Counted from the stretch's first letter, positions 19,706 to 29,891 are shown. The stretch: DNA of 64,000 nt from Cenarchaeum sp. (GCA_965206845.1 OZ242221.1:1376001-1440000), one strand, 5' to 3'. Numbers and translations: made by a program. The notes: generated from the letters alone by a model not told the origin.

Positions 19706-22552
19706 TTGTGGCATGGGTCAACAGGCGCATTTGTCCTTGCGGTGATTGTGGCAGGAGCCATGGGTGTCGGCGCATATGCACAGGATGGCGCCCCTGACTC
19801 CGGACTGTCCGGGGAGATCAGCCTTGGCCTGATCTCGCCGCTTACGGGCGACATAGCGCAGTACGGGGAGGAGAACCTGGCGGCCACGAGACTCGCCATA
19901 TCTGATTTTAACGAGTACCTTGCCGGCAAGGATGCCGGCTGGTCAATTAATGTTGTAGTAGAGGATACGCAGACGCTTCCCACCGTGGCGCTGGAGAAAC
20001 TGCAGTCGCTGCGCTCCAAGGACATAAGGGTCGTACTTGGGCCTGTGTCCAGCGCATCATTGCAGAACGTAAAGGGGTATGCCGATGCCAATGGAATGCT
20101 GCTGTTCAGCTGCTGCTCCACATCGCCGCTTCTTGCCATATCTGGCGACATGATATTTAGGATGTCGCCTGATGACTCCAATGCGGGCATTGCAATGGGC
20201 AAGATCCTCGAGGATGCTGGGATCGATGTAATTGTGCCGGTATGGCGCGAGGACGCATGGGGCGTGGGAATTGAGAGTGCCTCGCGGGAGTCATTTACAT
20301 CCCGGGGTGGCACAGTAGACGACGGACTGGGCTACAGCCCCGAGGTCAGCGAGTTTTCAGCCGAGACGTCAATCTTGGCAGACAGGGTGCAGGGATACGT
20401 AGACGAGTACGGGGCAGATAATGTGGGCGTACTGTACATGGGATTCGGCGAAGTGTTGCCGTTCATGCAGGCAGCGTCGATCCACGACATACTTGGCGAT
20501 GTGAGATGGTTTGGCACCGATGCCAACACAAAGGCGTCAAGTCTTGTGGAAGATCCCATCGGGCTCCAATTTGTAACTCATACAGGGTATACGACCACAC
20601 TGGTAACGTCAGGCAAGAACGACCTCAGCAAGCATGTGGAGGAGTCGCTGGATGCGGAGATTGGAAGGATACCCACCACGTACGCAAGCTCCGCATACGA
20701 TGCGGCATGGGTTGTGGCCCTTGCAATAGAGAGAGAGCAGAGCACCGATGTTGTGGCGCTGGCCGAGGCAATACCCGAGGTTGTCGCAGGGTACACAGGC
20801 GCCTTGGGCCCCATACGCCTCAACGACGCGGGTGACTTGATCCAGACAAACTATGACGTATGGACCATCAGTGATGGCGCATGGGCAGTAATCGGATCGT
20901 ACCTTGCGGCCACGGACACGATCAAGCTTGATGATGCCATGGCGGATGATAAAATGATGGCCAAACCCGCCCTTGACGGCACCGTCCAAATTGGCGGACT
21001 GGTTACAACTACCGGCTCCGCCTCAAACTCTGGCGCGGATGTCGCAGTCGCGGTGGCCCTTGCAGAGTCTGATTTCAACAAGTATCTTCAGGAGAACGGC
21101 ATGACTTGGACGCTTGATGTCTTGATCGAGGACACTGCAACCGACCCCGGGATGGCTCTTGACCTTGTTGCCGGATTTGATGCGAGGGGCATCAATGTTG
21201 TGGTGGGACCGTATAGCAGCGCGGAACTGGGCAACATCCGGGAGTATGTGGACTCCAATGGAATGCTCGCGCTCAGCTATGGGTCCACCGCCCCGTCCCT
21301 TGCAATCGCAGGAGACAACATACTCCGGTTTGTCGCAGACGACAGAACCCAGGCACCTGCAGCTGCAAAGTATTTGGAGGACATCGGGATTACAAACATC
21401 GTTCCGATATGGAGGGGAGACCCTTGGGGTGACGGCCTGAGCGATGCCATAAGGGCAGAGTTTACGGCAGCAGGTGGCGTCGCAGACGGCGGGGTGCGAT
21501 ACGCGCCAGACGCCGTGGACTTTGCCGCCGATGCCCTGGTACTTTCAGAACGGGTTGCCTCCAACATAGGCGCTGTGGGGGCAGACAGGGTAGCAGTCAT
21601 TGCCCTGCCATTCAACGAATTTCCCAGAATCATACACTCTGCATCACAGCATGGGCCGCTCTCCCAAGTACTCTGGCTTACCACCGACACGGTCGTATCC
21701 AGCGTCAACCTGCTAGACGATCCCGTCTCCAAGGAGTTCATAGATGCGACAGGAATGACCATGATCGGCCTTGATCTGCCGTCAAATCCAACACAGGATG
21801 AGGTGGGCTCCAAGATAGAGGCCATCAACGGCGGGGCTCCGGCTAGATATGCATTCTACGCATATGACACGGTATGGATCGCCGGACTGTCGATACTTGC
21901 AGCGGGCTCTGCTGAGACCGACGCGGTTATGGCCGCGATTCCAGGCGTGCTGGAGGACTACTCCGGAGCCGCCGGTACGTTTACCCTAAATGACGCAGGC
22001 GATCTGGACTCGGTCACCTACAGCATATTCCGCCTGCAAGATTTTGAGTTTGTTGCGATCGAGACCTTTGATCCGGCATCCGGCTCGTTTGCCCCCGTTG
22101 ATGCAATGACGGACGATAAGGAGTCCGGTGATGCCATGTCCAAGCCTGATGATGCCGAGTCCCCCGGCGGCGGATGCCTGATTGCGACCGCCGCATACGG
22201 TAGCGAGCTTGCCCCGCAGATCCAGTTCCTGCGTGAGATAAGGGATGGCACGCTGCTCTCCACCGACTCGGGGACATCGTTCATGACAGGCTTCAACCAG
22301 TTCTACTATTCGTTCTCCCCCGCCATTGCAGACCTTGAGCGCGAGAGTGTCGTGTTCCGGGACGCCGTGAGGGTAGCGATAACGCCTGCACTGTACACGC
22401 TGAACATAATGACGCTTGCAGACCAGGGCTCTGACGGTTCTGTCATCGCGTTTGGCCTACTCGCGATTGCCGCCATGGCAGGCATCTATGTGGCAGGACC
22501 AGTCCTGGCAGTACGCACCGTTGGCAGAAAGGTAAGGAACAGGCACAGCTAG
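19706..22552 (+). CDS. Tandem paralog of the double LivK-like surface protein
   Basis: Same architecture; near-identical N- and C-termini. Confidence 0.85.
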   Translation: MWHGSTGAFVLAVIVAGAMGVGAYAQDGAPDSGLSGEISLGLISPLTGDIAQYGEENLAATRLAISDFNEYLAGKDAGWSINVVVEDTQTLPTVALEKLQSLRSKDIRVVLGPVSSASLQNVKGYADANGMLLFSCCSTSPLLAISGDMIFRMSPDDSNAGIAMGKILEDAGIDVIVPVWREDAWGVGIESASRESFTSRGGTVDDGLGYSPEVSEFSAETSILADRVQGYVDEYGADNVGVLYMGFGEVLPFMQAASIHDILGDVRWFGTDANTKASSLVEDPIGLQFVTHTGYTTTLVTSGKNDLSKHVEESLDAEIGRIPTTYASSAYDAAWVVALAIEREQSTDVVALAEAIPEVVAGYTGALGPIRLNDAGDLIQTNYDVWTISDGAWAVIGSYLAATDTIKLDDAMADDKMMAKPALDGTVQIGGLVTTTGSASNSGADVAVAVALAESDFNKYLQENGMTWTLDVLIEDTATDPGMALDLVAGFDARGINVVVGPYSSAELGNIREYVDSNGMLALSYGSTAPSLAIAGDNILRFVADDRTQAPAAAKYLEDIGITNIVPIWRGDPWGDGLSDAIRAEFTAAGGVADGGVRYAPDAVDFAADALVLSERVASNIGAVGADRVAVIALPFNEFPRIIHSASQHGPLSQVLWLTTDTVVSSVNLLDDPVSKEFIDATGMTMIGLDLPSNPTQDEVGSKIEAINGGAPARYAFYAYDTVWIAGLSILAAGSAETDAVMAAIPGVLEDYSGAAGTFTLNDAGDLDSVTYSIFRLQDFEFVAIETFDPASGSFAPVDAMTDDKESGDAMSKPDDAESPGGGCLIATAAYGSELAPQIQFLREIRDGTLLSTDSGTSFMTGFNQFYYSFSPAIADLERESVVFRDAVRVAITPALYTLNIMTLADQGSDGSVIAFGLLAIAAMAGIYVAGPVLAVRTVGRKVRNRHS

Positions 22553-22554
22553 GC
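22169..22554 (+). repeat. Near-identical 3' block shared by the tandem paralogs, copy 2
   Basis: Matches 19147-19532. Confidence 0.85.
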
Positions 22555-22715
22555 ATCTGTTGCACTGCGCGGGAGACTGGGGATGTGGTCACGCACCGGC
22601 GCCCCCTCTTTGTGATACGGCTGCCGGCAGGGTACCTGTCCTGGCCTGTCGCAGTATGGCAGCATCAGGGCCTTTACGATCAAATACATATACCGTACGC
22701 CCTCTCATCTCTCCG

Positions 22716-23303
22716 TTGTCCGGCTCCATAAACTGGTTCAGCGACTTTCTGGGCGTCGCATACCGGTACTACGACCTCAGGATGAATGTGGCCCCCCTGT
22801 TTCCGGACAGGAGGATAGCCGCTGCCGTATGGAACGATACCCTCCACTGGTGGGTGGACCCAACTGTGCGACTTCGGTTCGTGGAGAGCAATGACGATAT
22901 CTGGTTCATCGTTGCCGCCGAGTCAAGGCGACCCGATACGAACATGGCGTTCTTCAAGGTTCTACCCAGATCCGAAAACTACGAGCGGTTCAAAAAGGGC
23001 CACGGCGGCGAGGCTTACATTCGGCTGGGGGTGTACATGAAGAAGTACCGGGACGATGTCAAGGACGATGCCCTGTGCGACTGCATGCACGAGAAGCAGG
23101 ATCACGACGAGGGGGACAGCAGCGAGTGCCTCTACGAAGACTGCCAGTGCAAAAAGTTCGAGTCCTTCCAGATCACGTTGCTCAAGAAGAAGAAGGTCAT
23201 CACTGACATCAGGTTTCTCTCCGAGGATGAGGTTCGGGATGACGCACTGACCTGGAACTGTCTTTACACCTACAAGTATCGGGCCCAGGAATCCGAAGGA
23301 TAA
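22716..23303 (+). CDS. Hypothetical protein with Cys/His cluster
   Basis: Coding-like from TTG 22716; CDCMH..H...C...C.C putative metal site. Confidence 0.7.
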   Translation: MSGSINWFSDFLGVAYRYYDLRMNVAPLFPDRRIAAAVWNDTLHWWVDPTVRLRFVESNDDIWFIVAAESRRPDTNMAFFKVLPRSENYERFKKGHGGEAYIRLGVYMKKYRDDVKDDALCDCMHEKQDHDEGDSSECLYEDCQCKKFESFQITLLKKKKVITDIRFLSEDEVRDDALTWNCLYTYKYRAQESEG

Positions 23304-23306
23304 TCT

Positions 23307-23474
23307 CTAGTCTTTGTCTATATTGACCCGGACATGATCGCCGGGATAGTGATCACATATCTTCTGGGAGTAGCACCCACTGCACAGGGGCCCCTGGATC
23401 TTCCATTGAACCATGGGCTCGTACCTCTGTGCCACGACCCCTCCACAGATGCTACATTTTTCGTCCGAAACCAA
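23307..23474 (-). CDS. Small zinc-finger protein (55 aa)
   Basis: Manual translation VSDEKCSICGG...GPLCSGCYSQKI; two CxxC; TTTTATATA box upstream. Confidence 0.7.
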   Translation of the reverse strand: MVSDEKCSICGGVVAQRYEPMVQWKIQGPLCSGCYSQKICDHYPGDHVRVNIDKD

Positions 23475-23815
23475 TTCGGTACTGCTATCCGGCAGTCTAT
23501 ATAAAAATCAATAATGGGTGGCGCAAACAGAGGCTCGATCCCTATTGGAAGCTGGATCGCATCCTCAGGAGCTGGCCTGATCCGTGCTGAGCCAAGACGG
23601 ATACCTGGCCTGATGCGTCCTCGGGACAATCTGCGGGCGGCGTGGGTCTGGAGGCGCGTCCTTGCAGCATGGGTCCGTGCAAGCGTGGCAGGTGCCCACC
23701 GCATCCCCGGTGGGGACCATGACACTTGCAGGTTGTGGCTGCCGTACCCTGTGTGCCGCGCCCGGTTTGGGTGCTCCTGTCACTGTATAATATACCTCGT
23801 GTACAGGTGTCTGTC

Positions 23816-24229
23816 ATGAGGAGGTGGCTTGGTGCCGTGGCCGGCGCCGTCACGGCGGCAGTAGTCTTGGCTGCGGTATCGGGCGGCGGCACTGCCGAGG
23901 ATGTCGACGTGGCTCCGGTGGCATTTGACGTGCTCATGCCCGTCAAGTCCTCCCGGCCCGGCTGCGAGGAGGCAGACATGTGCTACATTCCGTCCGCAGT
24001 CACAGCCGGAGTGGGACAGCCGGTGGTCTGGATGAACCGGGATGTGGCGTTTCACAGCATTACGTCGGGCTCGTACGGCGCGCCCACGGAACTCTTTGAC
24101 AGCGGCCACCTGGATCCGGACGAGACCTTCTCTGTCACGTTTGAGGAGCCGGGCCGGTACGACTACTTTTGCACGCTGCACCCGTGGATGGAGGGCGAGG
24201 TGATGATCAAAGGTGAGGAAGGGATTTGA
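23816..24229 (+). CDS. Blue (type 1) copper protein, plastocyanin/azurin family
   Basis: Signal peptide; HSITSG and YFCTLHPWM Cu ligands. Confidence 0.9.
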   Translation: MRRWLGAVAGAVTAAVVLAAVSGGGTAEDVDVAPVAFDVLMPVKSSRPGCEEADMCYIPSAVTAGVGQPVVWMNRDVAFHSITSGSYGAPTELFDSGHLDPDETFSVTFEEPGRYDYFCTLHPWMEGEVMIKGEEGI

Positions 24230-24282
24230 ACCCCTGTAAATGGGCTTTGCAGGCCCACGCATAACCGCTCTGCCACCTCACC
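24211..24282 (-). tRNA. tRNA-Cys(GCA)
   Basis: GGTGAGG...CCTCACC stem; anticodon arm TGGGC-CTGCAAA-GCCCA. Confidence 0.92.
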
Positions 24283-24416
24283 GCAGTCAGAGAACCCTGC
24301 AAATTACAATTAAACGCTTCGTGTGGATTGCGCCGGAGGCCTAGTGCCCTTTGGGGACGCTCTGGCAGGTGCTCCACCTGCAGCCCTCTGCATCAGGACG
24401 CATGCCTGCATAAAGG

Positions 24417-24635
24417 TCAGGATCTTATAAACGCCTTTGAGGCCAGCTTTATGTCGTCTGCCCTCACCGTCTTTCTTCCCGCGTGGTATGCCATCTCCAC
24501 GGCGCTCTTTGATATGGCAAGCGCTATATCCTCGACAGTCCGCCTCAGCTCGTCTGTTGACTCCTCGCTTATCCTCTCCGCTCCGGATTTTTTTAGGATC
24601 CTGTACACTGCCATCGCCCCGATATCTGATCCCAT
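24417..24635 (-). CDS. Archaeal histone
   Basis: RILKKSGAERIS...AYHAGRKTVRADDIKLA histone fold. Confidence 0.92.
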   Translation of the reverse strand: MGSDIGAMAVYRILKKSGAERISEESTDELRRTVEDIALAISKSAVEMAYHAGRKTVRADDIKLASKAFIRS

Positions 24636-24722
24636 GGGTAGATCATCCCCTACGCGCTAAAATACTTTGAGATCGCGCCCGGCGGGAATCGATTTATACC
24701 GCTCATCGGGTTACCGTGTCTT

Positions 24723-25475
24723 ATGTCTTGGCTGTACGACGCGCACATCCATCTCTCAGACTCCGTGTACGCGCCGGGGATGGAGTCCGTGCTGCAGGCC
24801 ATGGGGCGGATGCGGATAAAGGCATGCTGCGTGTCGACGGACCACGACACCTCACTGCGGGCGCTGGATCTGGCAGAGAGGAGCCGCCTGATCCTGCCAT
24901 TCCTGGGGATCCATCCGGAGGAGGCGCAGGAAGACACCGGTGTGGTGGAGCGCCTGATCGAGGAGAACTCTTCTGCGATTGCTGGGGTCGGCGAGATCGG
25001 CCTTGACAGGACACTTGCGTCAGGAGAACGGTTTGGCCGGCAGAGGACGGTCTTTGAGAGGATGCTGGGGTTGGCAGAGAGGCTGGGAAAGCCCGTGTCT
25101 GTCCACTCAAGAAAGACCCTAGACGAGGTATGCGATATACTTCCCTCGTTTAACACCGGCGGGGTGCTGCTGCACTGGTTTGATGGCAGCAAGAGGCAGC
25201 TGGCTAGGGCCATGGATCTGGGATTTTATGTCTCGTACGGCCCCGTCATGGTGTACGCAAATGACAAGCGTGTCCTGCTCTCAAAGACCGATCGGGATCG
25301 GATCCTGGTGGAGACCGACGGCCCGGTGCGGTTCTCGCGCTGCTTTGGGCACAGGCCGGCCAGCCCGGGCTTTATACCCAGCGTGGTCTTTTGCGCCTCG
25401 CAGATTCTGCGGCTTCCGTACCCGGAGACCTGCTCCATGCTTGAGCGCAACTCCGAGAGGTTTCTTGGGGTGTAG
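24723..25475 (+). CDS. tatD: TatD family hydrolase
   Basis: DAHIH, GIHP, GEIGLD and ETDGP. Confidence 0.88.
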   Translation: MSWLYDAHIHLSDSVYAPGMESVLQAMGRMRIKACCVSTDHDTSLRALDLAERSRLILPFLGIHPEEAQEDTGVVERLIEENSSAIAGVGEIGLDRTLASGERFGRQRTVFERMLGLAERLGKPVSVHSRKTLDEVCDILPSFNTGGVLLHWFDGSKRQLARAMDLGFYVSYGPVMVYANDKRVLLSKTDRDRILVETDGPVRFSRCFGHRPASPGFIPSVVFCASQILRLPYPETCSMLERNSERFLGV

Positions 25476-25622
25476 CCAGCATGGCCCGCTTCCTTGCGGG
25501 TGTCTGGTTGTGTGCGGCTGCCAGGGGCTGGCGCGCATCCGGAATCTGAGCGTGGCTTGGGGTTGCATGCCGCAGAGCCATTCTGGTATAGGTATAAAAC
25601 CCCCCTGCCAATAATCCCGCCA

Positions 25623-26129
25623 TTGAACAGAATCAAGAGTCTGTCCAGAAAGGTGCTACAGGAGCACAAATCCAAGTTTGGCCCCAGCTTTGCCGCAAAC
25701 AAGGAGGCACTGGGCCAGGTCTCGATTATATCCTCAAAGGGCCTGAAGAATGAGATTGCAGGCTATATTACAAACCTGATAAAAAAGGAGCTAGCGGCTG
25801 CAAAGGAGAAGCTGGAACAGGAGATGATACTGGCAGAGCAGGAGAGGAAGGAGGCAGAGCGGCTCAAGAAGGAAGAGGAGGAGAGGAACGCCTTGGCACA
25901 AAAGGCCACGGCGGCCGTTCCGGCTGAAGACGCACAAGCCGTTTCAGGCGAGGACGCCCCCGCAGCTCCCGCCGGGGAGGCCACGCCCACAAAACCTGCC
26001 GAGCCCGAGCAAGAGACTGCTGCAGCACCGGATGCGCCCGGCGGAGATGCGCCAGACCCCGCTGACGCAGAACCCAAAGGCGCCGACGCGGCAAAGCCTG
26101 CACCCGCCGTGGAGTCTCCCGCAGATTAG
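25623..26129 (+). CDS. rps17e: 30S ribosomal protein S17e with long acidic Ala/Pro tail
   Basis: F..NKEAL...ISSKGLKNEIAGYIT; TTG start inferred. Confidence 0.8.
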   Translation: MNRIKSLSRKVLQEHKSKFGPSFAANKEALGQVSIISSKGLKNEIAGYITNLIKKELAAAKEKLEQEMILAEQERKEAERLKKEEEERNALAQKATAAVPAEDAQAVSGEDAPAAPAGEATPTKPAEPEQETAAAPDAPGGDAPDPADAEPKGADAAKPAPAVESPAD

Positions 26130-26146
26130 CGAGACCTGTTGCAGCG

Positions 26147-26917
26147 TTGATACGAATCAAGCTCTTTGGCGGTGCCAGAAAGTCGTTCCTGAGCGACGAG
26201 ATCACAATCGATGGGGGCGGCATCACCATAGCAGACATCCTGGAGTACTTGGTGCAGAACAAGCCGGAGGGTACTGCGGATCTTGATACCGCCAATGCCC
26301 TGATAGCCGTCAACGGGGCGGACTCGTCTGCGCTGGGAGGCCGCGATGCGGTGGTAAACTCGGGCGACGTGGTGAGCGTCATCCCTGTGATACACGGCGG
26401 CTCTCGGATCCGGTTCATGATCGGAAGCAGGCCCGTCGAGATCCTCGAGGTGCGGGGCAGGGAGGAGTTTGACCACACGTACATCGATGATCTCAGGGAG
26501 CGGCACCGGAGGCTGGCGCTCCAGGGCGTGTCGTCCGCGTTTGTGCTTGGCATATCGCACGTCCAGAAGATACTCTACCTGTCGCTGCGATCCCAAAGAT
26601 ACGGCGCACTCCTGGCAAAAAGACTCGAGGCCGACATACTGGCGCGGTTTGCGTGCACGACGCAGATCTCCAGGGCCATTGCCGGCGCCGGCATATCCCC
26701 CGGACGGGACTTTGTCCTGATCGCTGTGGGGCCTACCGCCGGGCTGAACCGCCTGTATTCGGACGTCAAGCCGTTCCTAGCGCCCAATCCCTTTCAAAAT
26801 GCCAATCCGGAGTTTCTGAAGAGAGAGTTTCAGATCACGCAGGAGCACCTGCAGGCAGTCGACTCGGACACCCCGCTGGAGGACGTCCTGGTGGAGCGGG
26901 CCGCCACACTATTCTGA
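26147..26917 (+). CDS. MoaD/ThiS ubiquitin-like domain fused to KEOPS subunit Cgi121
   Basis: N-terminal beta-grasp ending IPVIHGG; C-terminal EADILARFACTTQISRAI (Cgi121). Confidence 0.8.
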   Translation: MIRIKLFGGARKSFLSDEITIDGGGITIADILEYLVQNKPEGTADLDTANALIAVNGADSSALGGRDAVVNSGDVVSVIPVIHGGSRIRFMIGSRPVEILEVRGREEFDHTYIDDLRERHRRLALQGVSSAFVLGISHVQKILYLSLRSQRYGALLAKRLEADILARFACTTQISRAIAGAGISPGRDFVLIAVGPTAGLNRLYSDVKPFLAPNPFQNANPEFLKREFQITQEHLQAVDSDTPLEDVLVERAATLF

Positions 26918-27424
26918 CGCGCGCTTGAGCTTCTCCACGCTGATGACATCGCCTGGGCGCACAAGGGACACCCCGGTCTCTGCACCCAGAACCTCGACGA
27001 GCACCTCCCATGCCGGCTCCTCCAGTGAAACCTTTCCCTGAATCCCGTCGGCTATCCGGGAGATCAGCTCTGCCGATGATATCTTGGAATGCCTCTTCTC
27101 TACGGTGACGCGGTACGTGTCGTCGCCTATCACGTCCCGGTAGCCCCTGCAGGCTTCGGCTATCTGGTCCGCGCCGGTGGGGACGGTCTTGTGCACCGGT
27201 ATCACCCGGAGCATGTACCTGACAGACCATGGCTCCTCTGTAACCATCCCCCTTACGCGCCCCACAAAGTCAGCAGGCTCCACCGTGGTCCTGACGGTCA
27301 GGATTCCTGACATGCCGGTAATGCGCACCTCTGGCGTCGCGTCCCCCAGCCCTTCAAGAACCGACGCGATCTCGTCCCCGGCATCCTCCTCCATGCGCCT
27401 GGCGCATGTCACGATCAGGTTCAA
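26909..27424 (-). CDS. THUMP domain RNA-binding protein
   Basis: LIVTC...RVIPVH...YRVTVEKR...VSLEEP. Confidence 0.8.
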   Translation of the reverse strand: MNLIVTCARRMEEDAGDEIASVLEGLGDATPEVRITGMSGILTVRTTVEPADFVGRVRGMVTEEPWSVRYMLRVIPVHKTVPTGADQIAEACRGYRDVIGDDTYRVTVEKRHSKISSAELISRIADGIQGKVSLEEPAWEVLVEVLGAETGVSLVRPGDVISVEKLKRASE

Positions 27425-28017
27425 AGCGCGCGCCAGACCTCCTCCGGCGGTACTGCTCCCTCCCTCACGATCCCCACCGTGTCTCCACTGGCGTCGACTA
27501 TGGTCGACTCGCCGCCGGGGGTGATGCCGCCGTCTACAAACGTGTCGCACCCGTCTATTCCGAGCACCTGCCGGGGATCCCGCTGGGGCCCCTCGCCGGA
27601 TATGTTGGCGCTGGTTCCCACCACATACCTGCACTCCAAGAGCATCCTTGTGGTGCACTCGCAGCCGGGAACCCGGACGGCGATCCGCTCCCTTATTCCC
27701 ATGGACTTGCCCAGCCTGGCATCCCTTAGCCTTAGAATCAGCGTCAGCCCTCCGGGCCAGAACTCCTCTGCCAGCCTTCCGGCGGCGGGGCTGATCACGG
27801 CAACCCTTGCAACATCATCGATTGACCACGCCAGAACCGGCAGCGGCATGTCTGGCCTGCGACGCTTGATCCGGCGCACCCTCTCCACGGCAGACGCGCT
27901 GTAGGGGTCGCAGCCAATCCCGTATACAGTATCTGTGGGGTACACGACGACCCCGCCGTCCCTTACCGTCTGTACCGCCGCCGCAACCCCGGCCGCATCA
28001 CACCGCACGCGCCTCAT
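27421..28017 (-). CDS. sua5: L-threonylcarbamoyladenylate synthase (Sua5/TsaC)
   Basis: YPTDTVYGIGC, WPGGLT, AVRVP and TSANISG. Confidence 0.9.
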   Translation of the reverse strand: MRRVRCDAAGVAAAVQTVRDGGVVVYPTDTVYGIGCDPYSASAVERVRRIKRRRPDMPLPVLAWSIDDVARVAVISPAAGRLAEEFWPGGLTLILRLRDARLGKSMGIRERIAVRVPGCECTTRMLLECRYVVGTSANISGEGPQRDPRQVLGIDGCDTFVDGGITPGGESTIVDASGDTVGIVREGAVPPEEVWRAL

Positions 28018-28101
28018 GCATTCAGGCGGGCGCCATGTCAATAATAACCTGATCCGGCTGTGTCCCTTGATGGTGATACCGCAAAATAGCATGCCTTATT
28101 T

Positions 28102-29349
28102 ATGAATGGGTGCGGGTATGGTGTGGTGGAGAACAAGACGCAGACCGGGTTTGGGATGCGGCGCAGAATGGCGCTGGTTCCCATGCTTGCGCTGGTCCTG
28201 TCGGGGCTCGCTGTCCCCGCTTATGCCGCGTGTCCTGCGTGGTTTCCGCCCCTTGATCACGTAATAGTCCCGGATGACAACGCGCCGGTCTTTGTCACAT
28301 ACTCCGAGTCCGACAGGGTGGAGACCCTGGTGCTACTGCCCGAGTTTTCCGGAACCGCCGCGGAGTTTGGAATGGTGCTGCCGCTTCCGGGCAGGCCGGA
28401 GATCAACGAGGCGCCCGAGGAGATGTTTGACTTTCTTGCAGAGTATACCAACAGGGTCTTCTTTGAGAGGTCGCCTGCATTTGACTCGATGGCGGAAGGC
28501 TTTGCGGTGTCCGAATCGTCGGTCGTGGTAGTGGAGCAGAAGGACGTGGGCGACTTTGAGACGACACTGCTTACTGCCAGTAATGCGCAGGACTTGGTTG
28601 ACTGGCTCAACGACCGTGACTTTCAGTTTACCGAGGAGGACGAGGATAACTTTGACTACTATGTTCAGAAAGGCGGGTATTACTTTGTCGCCATGAAGGT
28701 AAACATGGATGAGGCAAGCATTGACGAGAGCGGGGGGATAGACGGGGAGCTGCGACCGATCGAGTTCGTGTTTCCAAGTGAGCACCCGATGCTTCCGCTG
28801 AGAATAATGTCACATGACATGGATCCGATGGACTTCACGCTATACACCATGACGGAATTTCCATATTACATCCCGGGAGTCGACGTGATCTATAGCGAAA
28901 AGGTAGGCTGGCGGAACTACGGGGAGTTTTGGCAGCTGGACAGATATGATCCCTTCGACAAGTGGTTTGTGCGCATGAACGTTGAGTTTGATCCCAGGAC
29001 AATCGAGACAAACCTGCTGCTGCAGCGTGCCGATAAGCTTGATAACACGAATGCCTTGGACTACATCTTTAGGATAAACCCTGACCAGCTGCCCAGTGCG
29101 GGGGTTATCGGGGGCGATGCGGAATCAAACCTTTTCCTGGGGGCGTTTGCCGATGCGATGACTCCGCGCGAGCAGACAGAGCACGGAATCCCGCCTGAAA
29201 GCATCGAGTGCGACCACCCGCTAAAGCTGATGCTTAGGTCCGATGGCCAGAACACGGCATGCGTACTTCCGACAAGCGTGTCCACTCTGACTGAGCGCGG
29301 GTGGCAGGTGTCCACCATGCGAGCTGACGAGTTAGAGCGCCTGTCCTAG
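28102..29349 (+). CDS. Secreted DUF2330-like protein with C-terminal thaumarchaeal Cys module
   Basis: AEFGMVLPLP, L.DWL, YFVAMKV and PMLPLR motifs. Confidence 0.7.
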   Translation: MNGCGYGVVENKTQTGFGMRRRMALVPMLALVLSGLAVPAYAACPAWFPPLDHVIVPDDNAPVFVTYSESDRVETLVLLPEFSGTAAEFGMVLPLPGRPEINEAPEEMFDFLAEYTNRVFFERSPAFDSMAEGFAVSESSVVVVEQKDVGDFETTLLTASNAQDLVDWLNDRDFQFTEEDEDNFDYYVQKGGYYFVAMKVNMDEASIDESGGIDGELRPIEFVFPSEHPMLPLRIMSHDMDPMDFTLYTMTEFPYYIPGVDVIYSEKVGWRNYGEFWQLDRYDPFDKWFVRMNVEFDPRTIETNLLLQRADKLDNTNALDYIFRINPDQLPSAGVIGGDAESNLFLGAFADAMTPREQTEHGIPPESIECDHPLKLMLRSDGQNTACVLPTSVSTLTERGWQVSTMRADELERLS

Positions 29350-29603
29350 TGTGGGGACGGCGCGCCTCCCGGGCAGCGGATTCGGTATATCCTGAAGCCT
29401 GCGGACCTGGCCGGGACGGCGCCGGCGGCGCGTAGAGCACCAAAGCCTGCAACCGAATAGTTGCCAGGGAACACCTCTGCACGTGCAATCCGGCGGATCC
29501 CGTCCGTAGCCGTCTCCCGGTTGCATGATAGCAAGCTGCCCCTGCCTGCAGTATGGCCGAGCCGGTAAAGCGGACGATCCCGTATTCTTGACGCGGTCTC
29601 TGC

Positions 29604-29891
29604 CTAGATGACCAGCCCAAAGTTCTCTGAGAACTTTGCAAACGTCCTGTACTCTTGCAGAAACTGCCTCCCGGTGGTGCTTATGCGGTACTTTCTGGCC
29701 CTCTTCGAATCGACCTGCTCCAAAAGCCCCTGGGTCACCAGGATCTTGAGGATCTTTATGATTCTGACATGGGATATGTTGGCGTTTCTGATGAGGTAGG
29801 TTACAGTGGCGCCGTCGTCATACCGCAGACTGTCGTCTGCCGTGGTCAGGATGTCCTCGATTATCTTCATGTGGGTTCTGTATGCCGCCAT
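29604..29891 (-). CDS. Winged helix-turn-helix regulator (paralog of 16285-16560)
   Basis: YRTHMKIIEDIL...ANISH...YRISTTGRQFL. Confidence 0.8.
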   Translation of the reverse strand: MAAYRTHMKIIEDILTTADDSLRYDDGATVTYLIRNANISHVRIIKILKILVTQGLLEQVDSKRARKYRISTTGRQFLQEYRTFAKFSENFGLVI

